Under the pieces are notes generated by a model. That model was not told the origin of the DNA and did no database searches. It was given only the letters and a program-made list of their open reading frames with translations. The position numbers and the translations under genes were made by a program. A stretch of DNA of 64,000 nt from Thermovirgaceae bacterium (GTDB taxonomy: Bacteria; Synergistota; Synergistia; Synergistales; Thermovirgaceae), in contig JAXGNU010000004.1 of the NCBI GenBank assembly GCA_040767805.1, positions 116,763 through 180,762 of the forward strand. The letters run 5' to 3'. Every line of letters begins with the position of its first letter. Positions within the stretch are counted from its first letter, which is position 1. Below are positions 18,230 to 27,690 of this stretch, in pieces.

Positions 18230-21200
18230 CGTCAGCTTCATCATCGGCTTCGAAGCAGTACACAGCCAAGGACATCCAAATCCTCGAAGGGCTGGAAGCG
18301 GTCCGCCGAAGGCCGAGCATGTACATCGGCGACACCGGTCCCCGGGGTCTTCACCATATCGTCTACGAGGTGGTCGACAACGCCATCGATGAGGCCATGG
18401 CCGGGTGGTGCTCCTCCATCGTCGTGGTGATACACGATGACGGCCGCGTCTCCGTGGAGGACAACGGCCGCGGGATACCCACCGACCCCCACCCGCAGAC
18501 GGGGAAGTCCGCCGCGGAGGTGGTGCTCACCACCCTCCACGCCGGGGGGAAGTTCGACAAGAAGTCCTACCAGGTCAGCGGCGGCCTCCACGGCGTAGGG
18601 GTGTCGGTGGTCAACGCCCTGTCGGAGTGGCTCAACCTCACCGTCTGGCGCGACGGCAAGGAATGGAGGCAGTCCTACCGCAAGGGCAAGCCCGTCACGG
18701 ACCTCTGCTGCGGCGAACCTACGGGCAAGAACGGCACCCTGATAGAGTTCTTGCCCGACCCGGCGATCTTCGAAGAGACTGAGTTCTCCTGGGAGACCCT
18801 GGCGGGCCGCTTCAGGGAGATGGCCTTCCTCAACCCCGGCCTCTCCATCGAACTGCGGGACGAGGCCTCCGGGACGGAAAAGGTCTTCCACTACGAGGGG
18901 GGCATCTCCTCCTTCGTGGAATACCTGAACCGGGGCAAGAACCCCCTCTACGCGCCGCCGATAGTCATCTCCGGCGAGCGCGAAGGCGTCACCGTGGAGA
19001 TAGGGGTCCAGTACAACGACAGTTACCTGGAGAGGCTCTTCGCCTTCGCCAACCTAATAAACACCATCGAGGGAGGCACCCACGTTTCGGGCTTCAGGAC
19101 GGCCCTGACGCGGGCCATAAACGAATCGGCCCGGAGGAACAAGGTCATCCGGGATAAGGACCCCAACCTGACGGGCGAGGACCTGAAGGAGGGCCTCACA
19201 GCCGTCATCTCGGTGAAGCTCCCCGAGCCCCAGTTCGAGGGGCAGACCAAGACCAAGCTGGGCAACGGCGAGATCAAGGGCATCGTCGATTCGCTCTTTT
19301 ATGACGGCCTCATGGCCGAGATCGACGAAAGGCCCGACATCCTGAAGCCCGTCGTCGAGAAGGCCGTCAAGGCCAGGCTCGCCAGGGAGGCCGCCAAGAA
19401 GGCCAGGGAACTGGTGCGCCGCAAGACCGCCCTGGCGGGGCTGGACCTCCCGGGCAAACTGGCGGACTGCTCGAGCCGCAACCCCGAGGAGTGCGAGATA
19501 TTCATCGTCGAGGGGGATTCGGCGGGGGGCTCCGCCAAGCAGGGCCGGGACCGCAACTTCCAGGCCATCCTCCCCCTGCGGGGTAAGATCCTCAACGTGG
19601 AAAAGGCCCGCATCGACAAGGCCCTGGACAACCAGGAGATACGCACCATAATCCAGGCCCTCGGTGCCGGTGTGGGCGACGATTTCAACGTCGATGCCAT
19701 CAGGTACAACAAGGTTTTCGTCATGAGCGTCGACGGGGAAGAACCCACCCTCGTGAAGGACCCCCACGGGGTTATCCGGCAGGTCCGGATCGGGGAATTC
19801 GTAGACCAGGTCATCGACGGGGCCCTTTCCCCCGAGGGGTACCAGGTCCTGTGCTTTGACCTCGCCACGCAGGCCACCCGTTTCAGGCCGCTGGCCAAGG
19901 TCATCCGGCACCCCATCGAGGAGCCCCTTTACGAGATCCGGACCACCTACGGCAGGAACGTCAGGGTCACTTCGTCCCACAGCGTTTTCACCTGCGACGG
20001 CGGAGAGGTCGTCCTGAAGAAGGGCTGCGAGATAGCCCCCGGCGACCTGCTCGTAGCGCCCCGCGCCATCGACCTGGGCGAAGGGGCCGCCCTGGGCCTT
20101 GACCTCCCGGGAATGACCGCCCCGGCGCCGGGAGACCCCGCCGAGGAAGACCCGCCGCGGCGCCTCCGGGTCGACGAGGACCTCATGACCGTCCTGGGAC
20201 TTTTCACCGCCGTGGGCAGTCTCGACGGGGAGGGCGTCGGCTTCGCCCTCGGGACCGGGAAGGACCCCCTCGAAGGAGAGCTCCGTGACCGGTTCCGCAA
20301 GGCCTTCGGCGTGGATCTCCATCACCGACGCCCCGGAGAACTGGCGGCCCTGGACCCGTTCCTTCCCGCCGTCTTCAGGCTCCTTTTCGAGTTCGACGGG
20401 GAGACCCCCAAAGGGTTGCCCGGAATCGTCTTCAACGTCCCGATGGACCTAAAGAAAGCCTTTCTCCGGGGCTATTTCCTGGTGGAGGGCACCCTGAGCG
20501 GGAAGGGGCTGGACTTTACAGCACCCGCCAGGGACCTGGCGGCGGGCATCCTTTTCCTGCTCTCTTCCATGGGGGTTATGGCCTCGCTGCACTCGCGGGA
20601 CCGGAGGATAACCCTGTCCGCCCTCGAGGACCTCGTCCTCATCGAGGCAGTGTGGCGGGACCACCCTCTCGCCGGAGCGCTGCTCGAAAGGATCGGCCGG
20701 GTCGCCGGCAATGACAACAAGCGCCGCTTCACTCCCCTCCGGGGCGACCTCGTCGGGCTCAAGGTAACGGGCGTCAGGGAAGTGGCACCCTCCTCGCGGT
20801 GGGTATACGACTTTTCCGTGGAAGGGGACGAGAACTTCATCTGCGGCATGGGAGGCATTTGCTGCCACAACACCGACGCCGACGTGGACGGAGCCCATAT
20901 CAGGACGCTGCTTTTGACGCTCTTCTACCGTTTCATGCCCCAGCTGATAGAGAGGGGCCACCTTTTCATAGCCCAGCCGCCCCTCTACAGAGTCCAGGCC
21001 GGCAAAGAGGTCCACTACTGCTACAGCGACAAGGACCTGAAGATGCTCCAGGAGCGCCTGAAGGGCCGCAAACTGGTCATTCTTCGCTACAAGGGCCTGG
21101 GGGAGATGAACCCAGAACAGCTATGGGAAACCACCATGGACCCGGCGACCCGTATAAGCAAGAGGGTCGAGGTCGAGGACGCCGTCTCCGCCGAGGAGTA

Positions 21201-21288
21201 CTTCAGCATCCTCATGGGCGACAAGGTCGAGCCCCGGAGGGAGTTCATCGAGGCCCACGCTAAGGAAGTAAGGAACCTGGATGTGTAG
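18226..21288 (+). CDS. gyrB: DNA gyrase subunit B containing an intein (1020-aa precursor, 638-aa extein)
   Basis: EVVDNAIDE, LHAGGKF, EGDSAGGSAK, PLRGKILNV, TDADVDG and RYKGLGEM motifs, with a 382-aa insertion. Confidence 0.96.
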   Translation: MTSASSSASKQYTAKDIQILEGLEAVRRRPSMYIGDTGPRGLHHIVYEVVDNAIDEAMAGWCSSIVVVIHDDGRVSVEDNGRGIPTDPHPQTGKSAAEVVLTTLHAGGKFDKKSYQVSGGLHGVGVSVVNALSEWLNLTVWRDGKEWRQSYRKGKPVTDLCCGEPTGKNGTLIEFLPDPAIFEETEFSWETLAGRFREMAFLNPGLSIELRDEASGTEKVFHYEGGISSFVEYLNRGKNPLYAPPIVISGEREGVTVEIGVQYNDSYLERLFAFANLINTIEGGTHVSGFRTALTRAINESARRNKVIRDKDPNLTGEDLKEGLTAVISVKLPEPQFEGQTKTKLGNGEIKGIVDSLFYDGLMAEIDERPDILKPVVEKAVKARLAREAAKKARELVRRKTALAGLDLPGKLADCSSRNPEECEIFIVEGDSAGGSAKQGRDRNFQAILPLRGKILNVEKARIDKALDNQEIRTIIQALGAGVGDDFNVDAIRYNKVFVMSVDGEEPTLVKDPHGVIRQVRIGEFVDQVIDGALSPEGYQVLCFDLATQATRFRPLAKVIRHPIEEPLYEIRTTYGRNVRVTSSHSVFTCDGGEVVLKKGCEIAPGDLLVAPRAIDLGEGAALGLDLPGMTAPAPGDPAEEDPPRRLRVDEDLMTVLGLFTAVGSLDGEGVGFALGTGKDPLEGELRDRFRKAFGVDLHHRRPGELAALDPFLPAVFRLLFEFDGETPKGLPGIVFNVPMDLKKAFLRGYFLVEGTLSGKGLDFTAPARDLAAGILFLLSSMGVMASLHSRDRRITLSALEDLVLIEAVWRDHPLAGALLERIGRVAGNDNKRRFTPLRGDLVGLKVTGVREVAPSSRWVYDFSVEGDENFICGMGGICCHNTDADVDGAHIRTLLLTLFYRFMPQLIERGHLFIAQPPLYRVQAGKEVHYCYSDKDLKMLQERLKGRKLVILRYKGLGEMNPEQLWETTMDPATRISKRVEVEDAVSAEEYFSILMGDKVEPRREFIEAHAKEVRNLDV
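19726..20871 (+). mobile_element. Intein (382 aa) with LAGLIDADG-type endonuclease remnant
   Basis: Splits VFVM|TDADVDG; Ser1 (SVDGEE), block B VTSSH, block F VYDFSV, terminal HN followed by Thr+1; internal LGLFTAVGS and FLRGYFLVEG. Confidence 0.93.
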
Positions 21289-21367
21289 CACAAGGGACGA
21301 GGACGTAAAAGGAAGAAACCCCTGAGAACGTTTAATCCAAAAAAATCCGTAAGTGAACCTGGACGGG

Positions 21368-21402
21368 CAGCCCCGGAAGGAGGAAAAACCCTTCCGGGGC
21401 TG
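21368..21402. terminator. Stem-loop between convergent genes (probable terminator)
   Basis: 13-bp perfect inverted repeat cagccccggaagg/ccttccggggctg. Confidence 0.65.
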
Positions 21403-21449
21403 TGTGTTGAACAATGTTCAAGAACTGAAGGAGACCTTGTCGGAAGCCC

Positions 21450-21836
21450 CTACATCGCCACGGGTTCGGCCATGACGACCATCCCGTCAACATCCAGGTA
21501 GAGCATGACCGTCCGGCCCTTGTTCTGGTCGAGGAAGGCCCATGGGCCAACCTCCGCGCCGCCCCTCGAGAGGAAGCGCGTCTTTCCGGGGTTCCAGGGA
21601 TACCTCTCCATCTTCACGGTGACGATGTCGTAGGGCATCGCCGTAAGGGTTTCCAAAACAGCATCCATCCTGGTCTGGTAGATCACCTCTTCTTCCCCGG
21701 CCGGCGGGGGACCCGCATCCTGCGCCAGGACGGGAGCCGCGGCCCCCGACAGGAAAAGCGAAAGGGCCAGGGCGAGCGTGACCATCAGGACCCTTGCCCC
21801 GGGATAAGCGGGAGATCTCATCATTTTGTCCTCCAC
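21450..21836 (-). CDS. Exported hypothetical protein, last gene of the pilus tip module
   Basis: Signal-peptide-like N-terminus; overlaps the pilY1 3' end. Confidence 0.7.
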   Translation of the reverse strand: MEDKMMRSPAYPGARVLMVTLALALSLFLSGAAAPVLAQDAGPPPAGEEEVIYQTRMDAVLETLTAMPYDIVTVKMERYPWNPGKTRFLSRGGAEVGPWAFLDQNKGRTVMLYLDVDGMVVMAEPVAM

Positions 21837-24800
21837 TCCCTCCAGAAAATGGGCCCCTCGTCGGCCCCGGCGCCGGCATCCCCGCCGGAAGGTATCTCCT
21901 CGGGAAGGTCGAAGGAGAGCAGGTTCCCCGTCAACCGGGCGCTGTCACCGAGGGCGCTCTTGAGGTCCCCCGCTGAGGCCGAACCCACGACGCCCAGGTA
22001 GACCTTGTCGCCGAAGACGGTGATCCCCGCTACCTGGAGCCCCTCCAACTCGACGAACTTGTTCCCGCCCCCCCAGTCGCCGGCGCCGGTCAGGGCCTCC
22101 ACCGCGTAGAACCTGGAACTCCCGATCACGCAGGGATCGCCGGGGTCACCCGAGAAGGTGGCGAAGAGGAGGTGGCCGTTGTAAAAGGTCACCGGCGTCG
22201 AGGGTATCTCCACCGGGGTTGTCCGGAAATCCAGGTACCACCCGTTGGTGTTCGACGCCGTCCCCTGGGTGGGGGTCAACCCCTCCAGATCATCGATGGT
22301 CAGGGGGCTCTGTTCCGACGCCCTGGACGTGTTGAGGGCGTAGAGCCTGTAGCCGGTGGCGGAGTAGTTCAGGTTCTCGATATCCCCCGTCTGGTAGAAG
22401 AGCCAGGGCTGCCCCCTCAGCATGCCCACGTCCATCCTGTAGGTGATCCCGGCGTCATCCGCCGGGGCCTGGAAGACCTTGAGGGCGGCGCCCCAGTTGT
22501 CCCGGCCTGATTCCCAGGAGTAGACGTTACCGCCGATATCCCCGGCGTAAAGGTGGTCCAGGAGCCTGGTGGCCCTGCTCCGGCCGAAGCCGGTCACCGG
22601 GGAGCAGACGGGCTTGAGCACGTTGGCATCGCCGGAGTCCCGGGCGGTCAGTTTCCGCAGGACCTCCCCGCTTTGGACATCGATCATGTAGACGGCGCCC
22701 CTGCCGGGGTTGCCGCCGTAGTTCCCCGGGTGGCCGTTGCCCATGACCGCGACCCACCGGTCCTCCCAAAGGCCCTGGCCCCCGTCCACCACGCCGGCGG
22801 TGTTGGCCACGATCGGGGTGCTCAGCGTCCTGTAAAGGCCGCGGTAGTCAAGTTTCTCCCCGACCTCGGCGTGGGTGTATATGGCGTAGTCCACCTGGGG
22901 GTTTTGGCTCTTCTTCCAGTAGTGGATCTTCCTCGAATCAGGGTTAAGGGCAGAGGAGCCGTCGGGCGTGACGATGTTGTTCTCCACGGCCCATAAAAAG
23001 ACGGGCTCTCCCGGTTCGGTCACGTCGAGGGCGTACAGGCCCTGGCCCCCATAGCCCAGCAATCCGACCAGGATGGTCCTCCACTCGCCCCCCATGAGTA
23101 CGTCCTCGGCCACGAGGGGCCCGTCGAGAAGGTACCGCGGGTTGGAGGGCGTACTGTTGAGCACTTGCACCTTGCCGTCGTTGGAGAATTGTCCCTTGAG
23201 GCCGAGGAGCCTGCCGTTACCCAGGACGTTGGGGGGGATGAAGGCCCACTTTTCGGCCCCGTTGTTTTCGGGGTCGATGGCGTGGAGGAGCCCGGCGTTG
23301 CTCTGAAGGTAGAGGGTCTTGTCCCTCTCCTCGTGGGCTGCGACGAAATCGGCATAGGCCTGGGACGGGTAGTTGGCCCTGGGAGGCCCCACCTCGGTCA
23401 CGCCCCCGTGGTAGACATCGGCGAACATGTACCGGTGTCCCGCGGCGGACGCCGGGTTTTCGTTCCATATATCGAAGCCCCGGACCCAGTTGATGAAAAG
23501 GGCGAGGAAATCCGACGACAGGGAGAACTCCCCGGAACCGGTCACCTCGTCCATCAGCGAAGCGGAGCCGTCAAAGCCCACCAGGTTTGTACCGCCGCCC
23601 AGCCCCTGGGCCTTGGGAGAGGCCATGCCGGCCCAGTCGACGGTGACTATATTCCTTCCGCCCGGCCCCTGCCCCTGGAGGGTGTTTGAAGTGTCCCATT
23701 TGGCCTCTTCGTCGAGGGCGCCATCCTCGCCCACGGCGTACTGGAAGAGGTGCCCCTTCCACTGGGCCGAGTTCTGGGGGAGGAAGGAGGCCACGTAGAT
23801 TGACGAGTCGCCGGCCTCGGTCCGGGCGGGGCTGACCATGGGGGCCCCGCCGGTCGTCCTGGAGGCCTGGATGATCTCGAATATTCTCCGGAAGGTATAG
23901 ATCAGGCTTTCTATATCGGTCGAGAAGAAGGCCCCCGGGCCCGGGTCCTCCGGGTCGGCCTCGCCGGCCTGGCCATCCCAGCCCAGGTCGGCCATTCTTT
24001 CCAGGGTGTCGGCCAGGCCCGTCATCTTCTCGGGGTCGATGAGGCCTATCACCAGGGTCCTCACCGGAAGGCCGCGCCCGTCGTCCTCAGAGGACCTGAT
24101 GTACTCGTGGTAAAGCCTCCTGACGGCCTCCACGGGGTCGCTGTTTTCCGTGTCGGCCCCGTCGGTGAGGACGATGAGCCAGTTGTACTGGCACCGCCAC
24201 TGGACCACGTCGTTGGCCTTGAAGTACTTCACCGCCGAATCCTGGGTAGAGTCCCACTTCTGTGGGTAGCTATATTTAAACCCGTAGATCGAGGCCGCGA
24301 GGGGAGTCCACCCCGCCGCCCGTAGTTCGGGGTTGCCGCTTTCCTCGACGCCGTCGAACCATTTCAGGATGCTCGAAAGATGGGAGGGGTCGTCGGCGGA
24401 GCCGAAGGGCACTCTCAAAAGGGCCTTGGGGTCACCCGTCTTGGCGTAGTGTAATTTTTGGGTCTCGTTGGAATAGTTATAGGGCGGTCGGCTACTTCGA
24501 AGCGGGAATTGGTACCAATCGGCGTCGGTTCCCCCGGCCGACTCCTTCTGGTGGTAGGTGGCCAGGGCGATCCTCAGGCCCGAGGTCAGTTGCGGGTCGG
24601 ACAATATTTTGTCCAGCACCAGCTTCATCTTGTAGAGTCTGCTGTCGTTGGGGTACTTGTAGTGGGAGTAGCCCTCCGGTGGGTCGTCGTTGGGGTGCGG
24701 GCCCCCCAGCCACGTCTTCGCCTGGCTGCCACGCTGGGAATCGAGGAGTTCTATCTCGGCCTGGGGGACGTACTTGAGGTTGGGGTGGTAGTTCGAGGGA

Positions 24801-25558
24801 CCCTTGGGATCGTTGTTTGTGCTGTCCGTGTCCTGGCCGTAGTAGTACTGGCGGCTAGTAAAGCCGTCAACCACCGGCTTGGAGCCGTCGCCATAGGTCG
24901 AATCTTCAGAATCGGATTCGTAGGTCATGGACCCGCTCGTGTCGAGGAGGAGGAGCACGTTGGGTTCGACCCTGTTCTCGTAGAGGGCCGGGACGGGCTT
25001 GGCGTAGGGGGTGAATACCTGGGGCGCATCGGCGGGAGTGACGCTTCGGACTTGGACCGTCACCGAAGCAGACTTCGTGGTCACTCCGGGTTTAGATATG
25101 GTAGCCACGTTGGTGATGTCCTGGCCGGCCAACCTCTCCGGTATCCGTGCCCTGATCTTGATCTCCCTCACAGTGTAATTTCTGGGATTTCGGGATCCTG
25201 TAAAACCCTTAAAACTGCCCTGCCATTCATCAGGACCAACCGATACGATGGGCGGGTTCCCCCCTCCGCCCTCTCCGACCCTATCATAAGTGTAAGTGAC
25301 GTCCTTGCCATCACCATTAAAGATTGACATATCATCCGTAAGCGTGGCACCACTAAGGTCGCTCCGGGGGGTGTTCCCCAGGTTGATCGTAAAGACGACG
25401 TAATCCCCGGGGTTGGGGTCGGAAATGTCCACCGTCTTGGTTATGGTGAAAGCCCCCTGGGCCGCCCCGGCGGAAAACAGCGAGGCCATGAGGACGGCGG
25501 CGGCCAATCCGGCGCATCCAAGAAGTCGCTTGACCCTTCCATTCCCTCTTCTCTTCAT
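21821..25558 (-). CDS. pilY1: PilY1/PilC-family type IV pilus tip adhesin (DUF11-like + vWA + beta-propeller)
   Basis: Signal peptide; ITKTVD..PNPGDYVVFTI...ITNVATI; vWA MIDAS DTSGS and LTDG; PilC-like NAGLLHAID...EKWAFIP, YALDVT, YAGDIGGNVY. Confidence 0.85.
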   Translation of the reverse strand: MKRRGNGRVKRLLGCAGLAAAVLMASLFSAGAAQGAFTITKTVDISDPNPGDYVVFTINLGNTPRSDLSGATLTDDMSIFNGDGKDVTYTYDRVGEGGGGNPPIVSVGPDEWQGSFKGFTGSRNPRNYTVREIKIRARIPERLAGQDITNVATISKPGVTTKSASVTVQVRSVTPADAPQVFTPYAKPVPALYENRVEPNVLLLLDTSGSMTYESDSEDSTYGDGSKPVVDGFTSRQYYYGQDTDSTNNDPKGPSNYHPNLKYVPQAEIELLDSQRGSQAKTWLGGPHPNDDPPEGYSHYKYPNDSRLYKMKLVLDKILSDPQLTSGLRIALATYHQKESAGGTDADWYQFPLRSSRPPYNYSNETQKLHYAKTGDPKALLRVPFGSADDPSHLSSILKWFDGVEESGNPELRAAGWTPLAASIYGFKYSYPQKWDSTQDSAVKYFKANDVVQWRCQYNWLIVLTDGADTENSDPVEAVRRLYHEYIRSSEDDGRGLPVRTLVIGLIDPEKMTGLADTLERMADLGWDGQAGEADPEDPGPGAFFSTDIESLIYTFRRIFEIIQASRTTGGAPMVSPARTEAGDSSIYVASFLPQNSAQWKGHLFQYAVGEDGALDEEAKWDTSNTLQGQGPGGRNIVTVDWAGMASPKAQGLGGGTNLVGFDGSASLMDEVTGSGEFSLSSDFLALFINWVRGFDIWNENPASAAGHRYMFADVYHGGVTEVGPPRANYPSQAYADFVAAHEERDKTLYLQSNAGLLHAIDPENNGAEKWAFIPPNVLGNGRLLGLKGQFSNDGKVQVLNSTPSNPRYLLDGPLVAEDVLMGGEWRTILVGLLGYGGQGLYALDVTEPGEPVFLWAVENNIVTPDGSSALNPDSRKIHYWKKSQNPQVDYAIYTHAEVGEKLDYRGLYRTLSTPIVANTAGVVDGGQGLWEDRWVAVMGNGHPGNYGGNPGRGAVYMIDVQSGEVLRKLTARDSGDANVLKPVCSPVTGFGRSRATRLLDHLYAGDIGGNVYSWESGRDNWGAALKVFQAPADDAGITYRMDVGMLRGQPWLFYQTGDIENLNYSATGYRLYALNTSRASEQSPLTIDDLEGLTPTQGTASNTNGWYLDFRTTPVEIPSTPVTFYNGHLLFATFSGDPGDPCVIGSSRFYAVEALTGAGDWGGGNKFVELEGLQVAGITVFGDKVYLGVVGSASAGDLKSALGDSARLTGNLLSFDLPEEIPSGGDAGAGADEGPIFWREWRTK

Positions 25559-25580
25559 ACCGGTCACCTGCCTTTTGGGC

Positions 25581-26201
25581 TCACTTGCCCCGGACGCGGA
25601 TGAGGGCCTCGCTCAGGGACTTTTCCTTCTCCCCGAGGACGGCCCTGCTCCTGACGAGGTAGACGCCGTAGCGGTCCACCCCGAAGCCGGCGCCGACGCT
25701 GCCCTCCCCGCGGTTGGAGGCGGCGTAGGAGGAGCTCATGTGCCATGACCCCATGTACTCGATCATCGTCGCGTCAAGCCGGGGGGGGAAGATCTCCCCG
25801 GGATCCAGGGCGATGGTCCCGACGTCGTAGTTCAGGTCAAATACCTCCACCTCCACCATGACCCTGGGGTTCCCCGCCGCCGGGGCGGGGGGAATATGGT
25901 GCACCCTGAGGACCGAGGGGTCTCCCGTGACATTCACCCTTCCCGTCAGGTCCTCGGGGTCATCGGGGGAGAATCTCGGCAGCCTGTCGTGGGTCCAGAT
26001 ATAGCCGATCAGCCACTGCTTGCCCGCTTCGAGACCCCCTTCGGCCTCGCCGGTGATATCGATCTCCCTGACCAGGCTCGTCGAAGTGGAGAAGTAATTC
26101 TCCACCATCACCAGCACGACGGCGGAGAAGGCTATCCCCACGAGGAGGACGACCAGGGTGAGGGGCAGGACGGCTCCCGTTCTCTTAAGCCTTCTTCTCA
26201 T
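25581..26201 (-). CDS. PilX-like minor pilin
   Basis: RRRLKRTG|AVLPLTLVVLL class III-like signal lacking E5; ATGA coupling to the upstream gene. Confidence 0.7.
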   Translation of the reverse strand: MRRRLKRTGAVLPLTLVVLLVGIAFSAVVLVMVENYFSTSTSLVREIDITGEAEGGLEAGKQWLIGYIWTHDRLPRFSPDDPEDLTGRVNVTGDPSVLRVHHIPPAPAAGNPRVMVEVEVFDLNYDVGTIALDPGEIFPPRLDATMIEYMGSWHMSSSYAASNRGEGSVGAGFGVDRYGVYLVRSRAVLGEKEKSLSEALIRVRGK

Positions 26202-27091
26202 AGGTTCTTCACTCTCCAACTGGCCTCGATTATCTCGAAGTCCTCCCTGCTCCCCTCTTTGCCGCGGCCGGTGATGGTGATGCTGACAACCCTTGTTTCT
26301 TCGTCGAAGTCCACCGAAAGTCCCTCGACGCCCTCGACGGTGACGCCGCCGCCCCCGCCCGGCCTGGGGTCAAGGGCGTGGAAAAGTCCGTTCTCGCAAT
26401 AGGCCCTGAAGAACCTGACCTTGTGCAGTTCGTCCAGCCGGGAGATGCCCGTGGGGCCCCCGCGGTTCTCGAGGGTCATGTCGTTGCCGGAGACGGACCT
26501 TACGATAAGGGGCGAGACGCCGGTGGGGAAGACGACCCAGTCGCCGGGTACGATGCCTTCAGGGGCGCCGTTCAACCGGACCTGGATCGTAGAGCCGGAG
26601 CCCGCCTGGATGTCCTCGGGGAGGAGGACGGAGAGCCCCGTGGGTTCCCCGAAGGCCAGGCGGAGTTCCCCCGACCCGGTGACGTAAAGGGCGGAGGGGT
26701 AGTCCTGGGGGGTGAATTCGGGGGTGTAGACCTGGTCGAAGGCCGCCTGGAAGTCCTCGGAGGTTACCGGCATCCCGAGCCCGGCGTGCTGAATTGGCTT
26801 CGCCAGGACGGAAAGGACCATTTCCGCCCTCTGCCGGGCCGAGACGCGGGAAGAAACAAACTGGAAGTTGGAGAAAAAGAGCGACAGCACGGTGATCACG
26901 GCGCCCATGATGACCGCCGTCACCAGGACGGTGATCAGAACCTCCGCCAGTGAAAAACCCCTCCGCCCTCTTCGGGCGAGGGAAGCGCGCCGGCATGAAA
27001 GAAATTTGGATGCCAAATCTCTCACTCTCGCTTCCCAGGAAGATAGATCCCTTTCGTCCGCGGCCGCCTTCCCCGGCGGGCCCGGGATCAT
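26198..27091 (-). CDS. PilW-like minor pilin (start uncertain)
   Basis: RRGRRG|FSLAEVLI prepilin cleavage/methylation motif. Confidence 0.8.
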   Translation of the reverse strand: MIPGPPGKAAADERDLSSWEARVRDLASKFLSCRRASLARRGRRGFSLAEVLITVLVTAVIMGAVITVLSLFFSNFQFVSSRVSARQRAEMVLSVLAKPIQHAGLGMPVTSEDFQAAFDQVYTPEFTPQDYPSALYVTGSGELRLAFGEPTGLSVLLPEDIQAGSGSTIQVRLNGAPEGIVPGDWVVFPTGVSPLIVRSVSGNDMTLENRGGPTGISRLDELHKVRFFRAYCENGLFHALDPRPGGGGGVTVEGVEGLSVDFDEETRVVSITITGRGKEGSREDFEIIEASWRVKNL

Positions 27092-27104
27092 CCTGCCGTT
27101 ACTG

Positions 27105-27602
27105 CTACTCTTCCCCCTTCATTCTTTCGCCCCTGGTCTGTTTGCCGGTGGCGCTGATGGTCCTTATGAATTCCAGTTCCCTTTCCCCCCTGACCCCGCT
27201 CCAGGAGACCTTGAGCCTCACTGTTTTCCCAACGGTCCTGCCTTTGGCGGTCTCTTCCCCGTCGATGAATAGTTGGGGGGTATATTTCTGGTTACTCATG
27301 AAATCTTCAAGCGACATGCCTTCAGTAATATCTTTAAGAAGGAGGGATTCGATCCCCTTCAACACTGAGGCCGCCTCGAGCGAGGCTTCCTCCTTTTCCT
27401 TCAAGTCGGCCTGGAGGGCCACGACGCGGGTGACCAGGGCCACCATCGAAAAGAGGGCGATGGAAAGGATCAGGATCGAGATCAGGACCTCCACCAGGGT
27501 GAAGCCGGCATGCTTTCTCTTCGCCCCCGAAGCGGGGCGTTCCCTTGGGTCTACTAACGGGCACGTTAAAACCGGGGTATCTTTCTCCCTGCTCCTCTCC
27601 AT
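27105..27602 (-). CDS. PilV-like minor pilin
   Basis: KRKHAG|FTLVEVLI prepilin motif. Confidence 0.8.
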   Translation of the reverse strand: MERSREKDTPVLTCPLVDPRERPASGAKRKHAGFTLVEVLISILILSIALFSMVALVTRVVALQADLKEKEEASLEAASVLKGIESLLLKDITEGMSLEDFMSNQKYTPQLFIDGEETAKGRTVGKTVRLKVSWSGVRGERELEFIRTISATGKQTRGERMKGEE

Positions 27603-27654
27603 GGCTCTTTTCCTCTTTATAGTTTTCCGCGCGCCTCGCCAGTGACTTTGGTTG

Positions 27655-27663
27655 ATTATATCA
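27655..27663 (-). promoter_or_regulatory. Extended -10 promoter element for the pil module
   Basis: TG-A-TATAAT on the minus strand, ~50 nt upstream of the pilV-like start. Confidence 0.5.
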
Positions 27664-27690
27664 CTTTACCCATGGGAAGGGATAGGCGGC

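Noticed and set aside
21821..25558. Diversity-generating retroelement acting on pilY1
   Set aside because: No reverse transcriptase and no template/variable repeat pair visible in the window.
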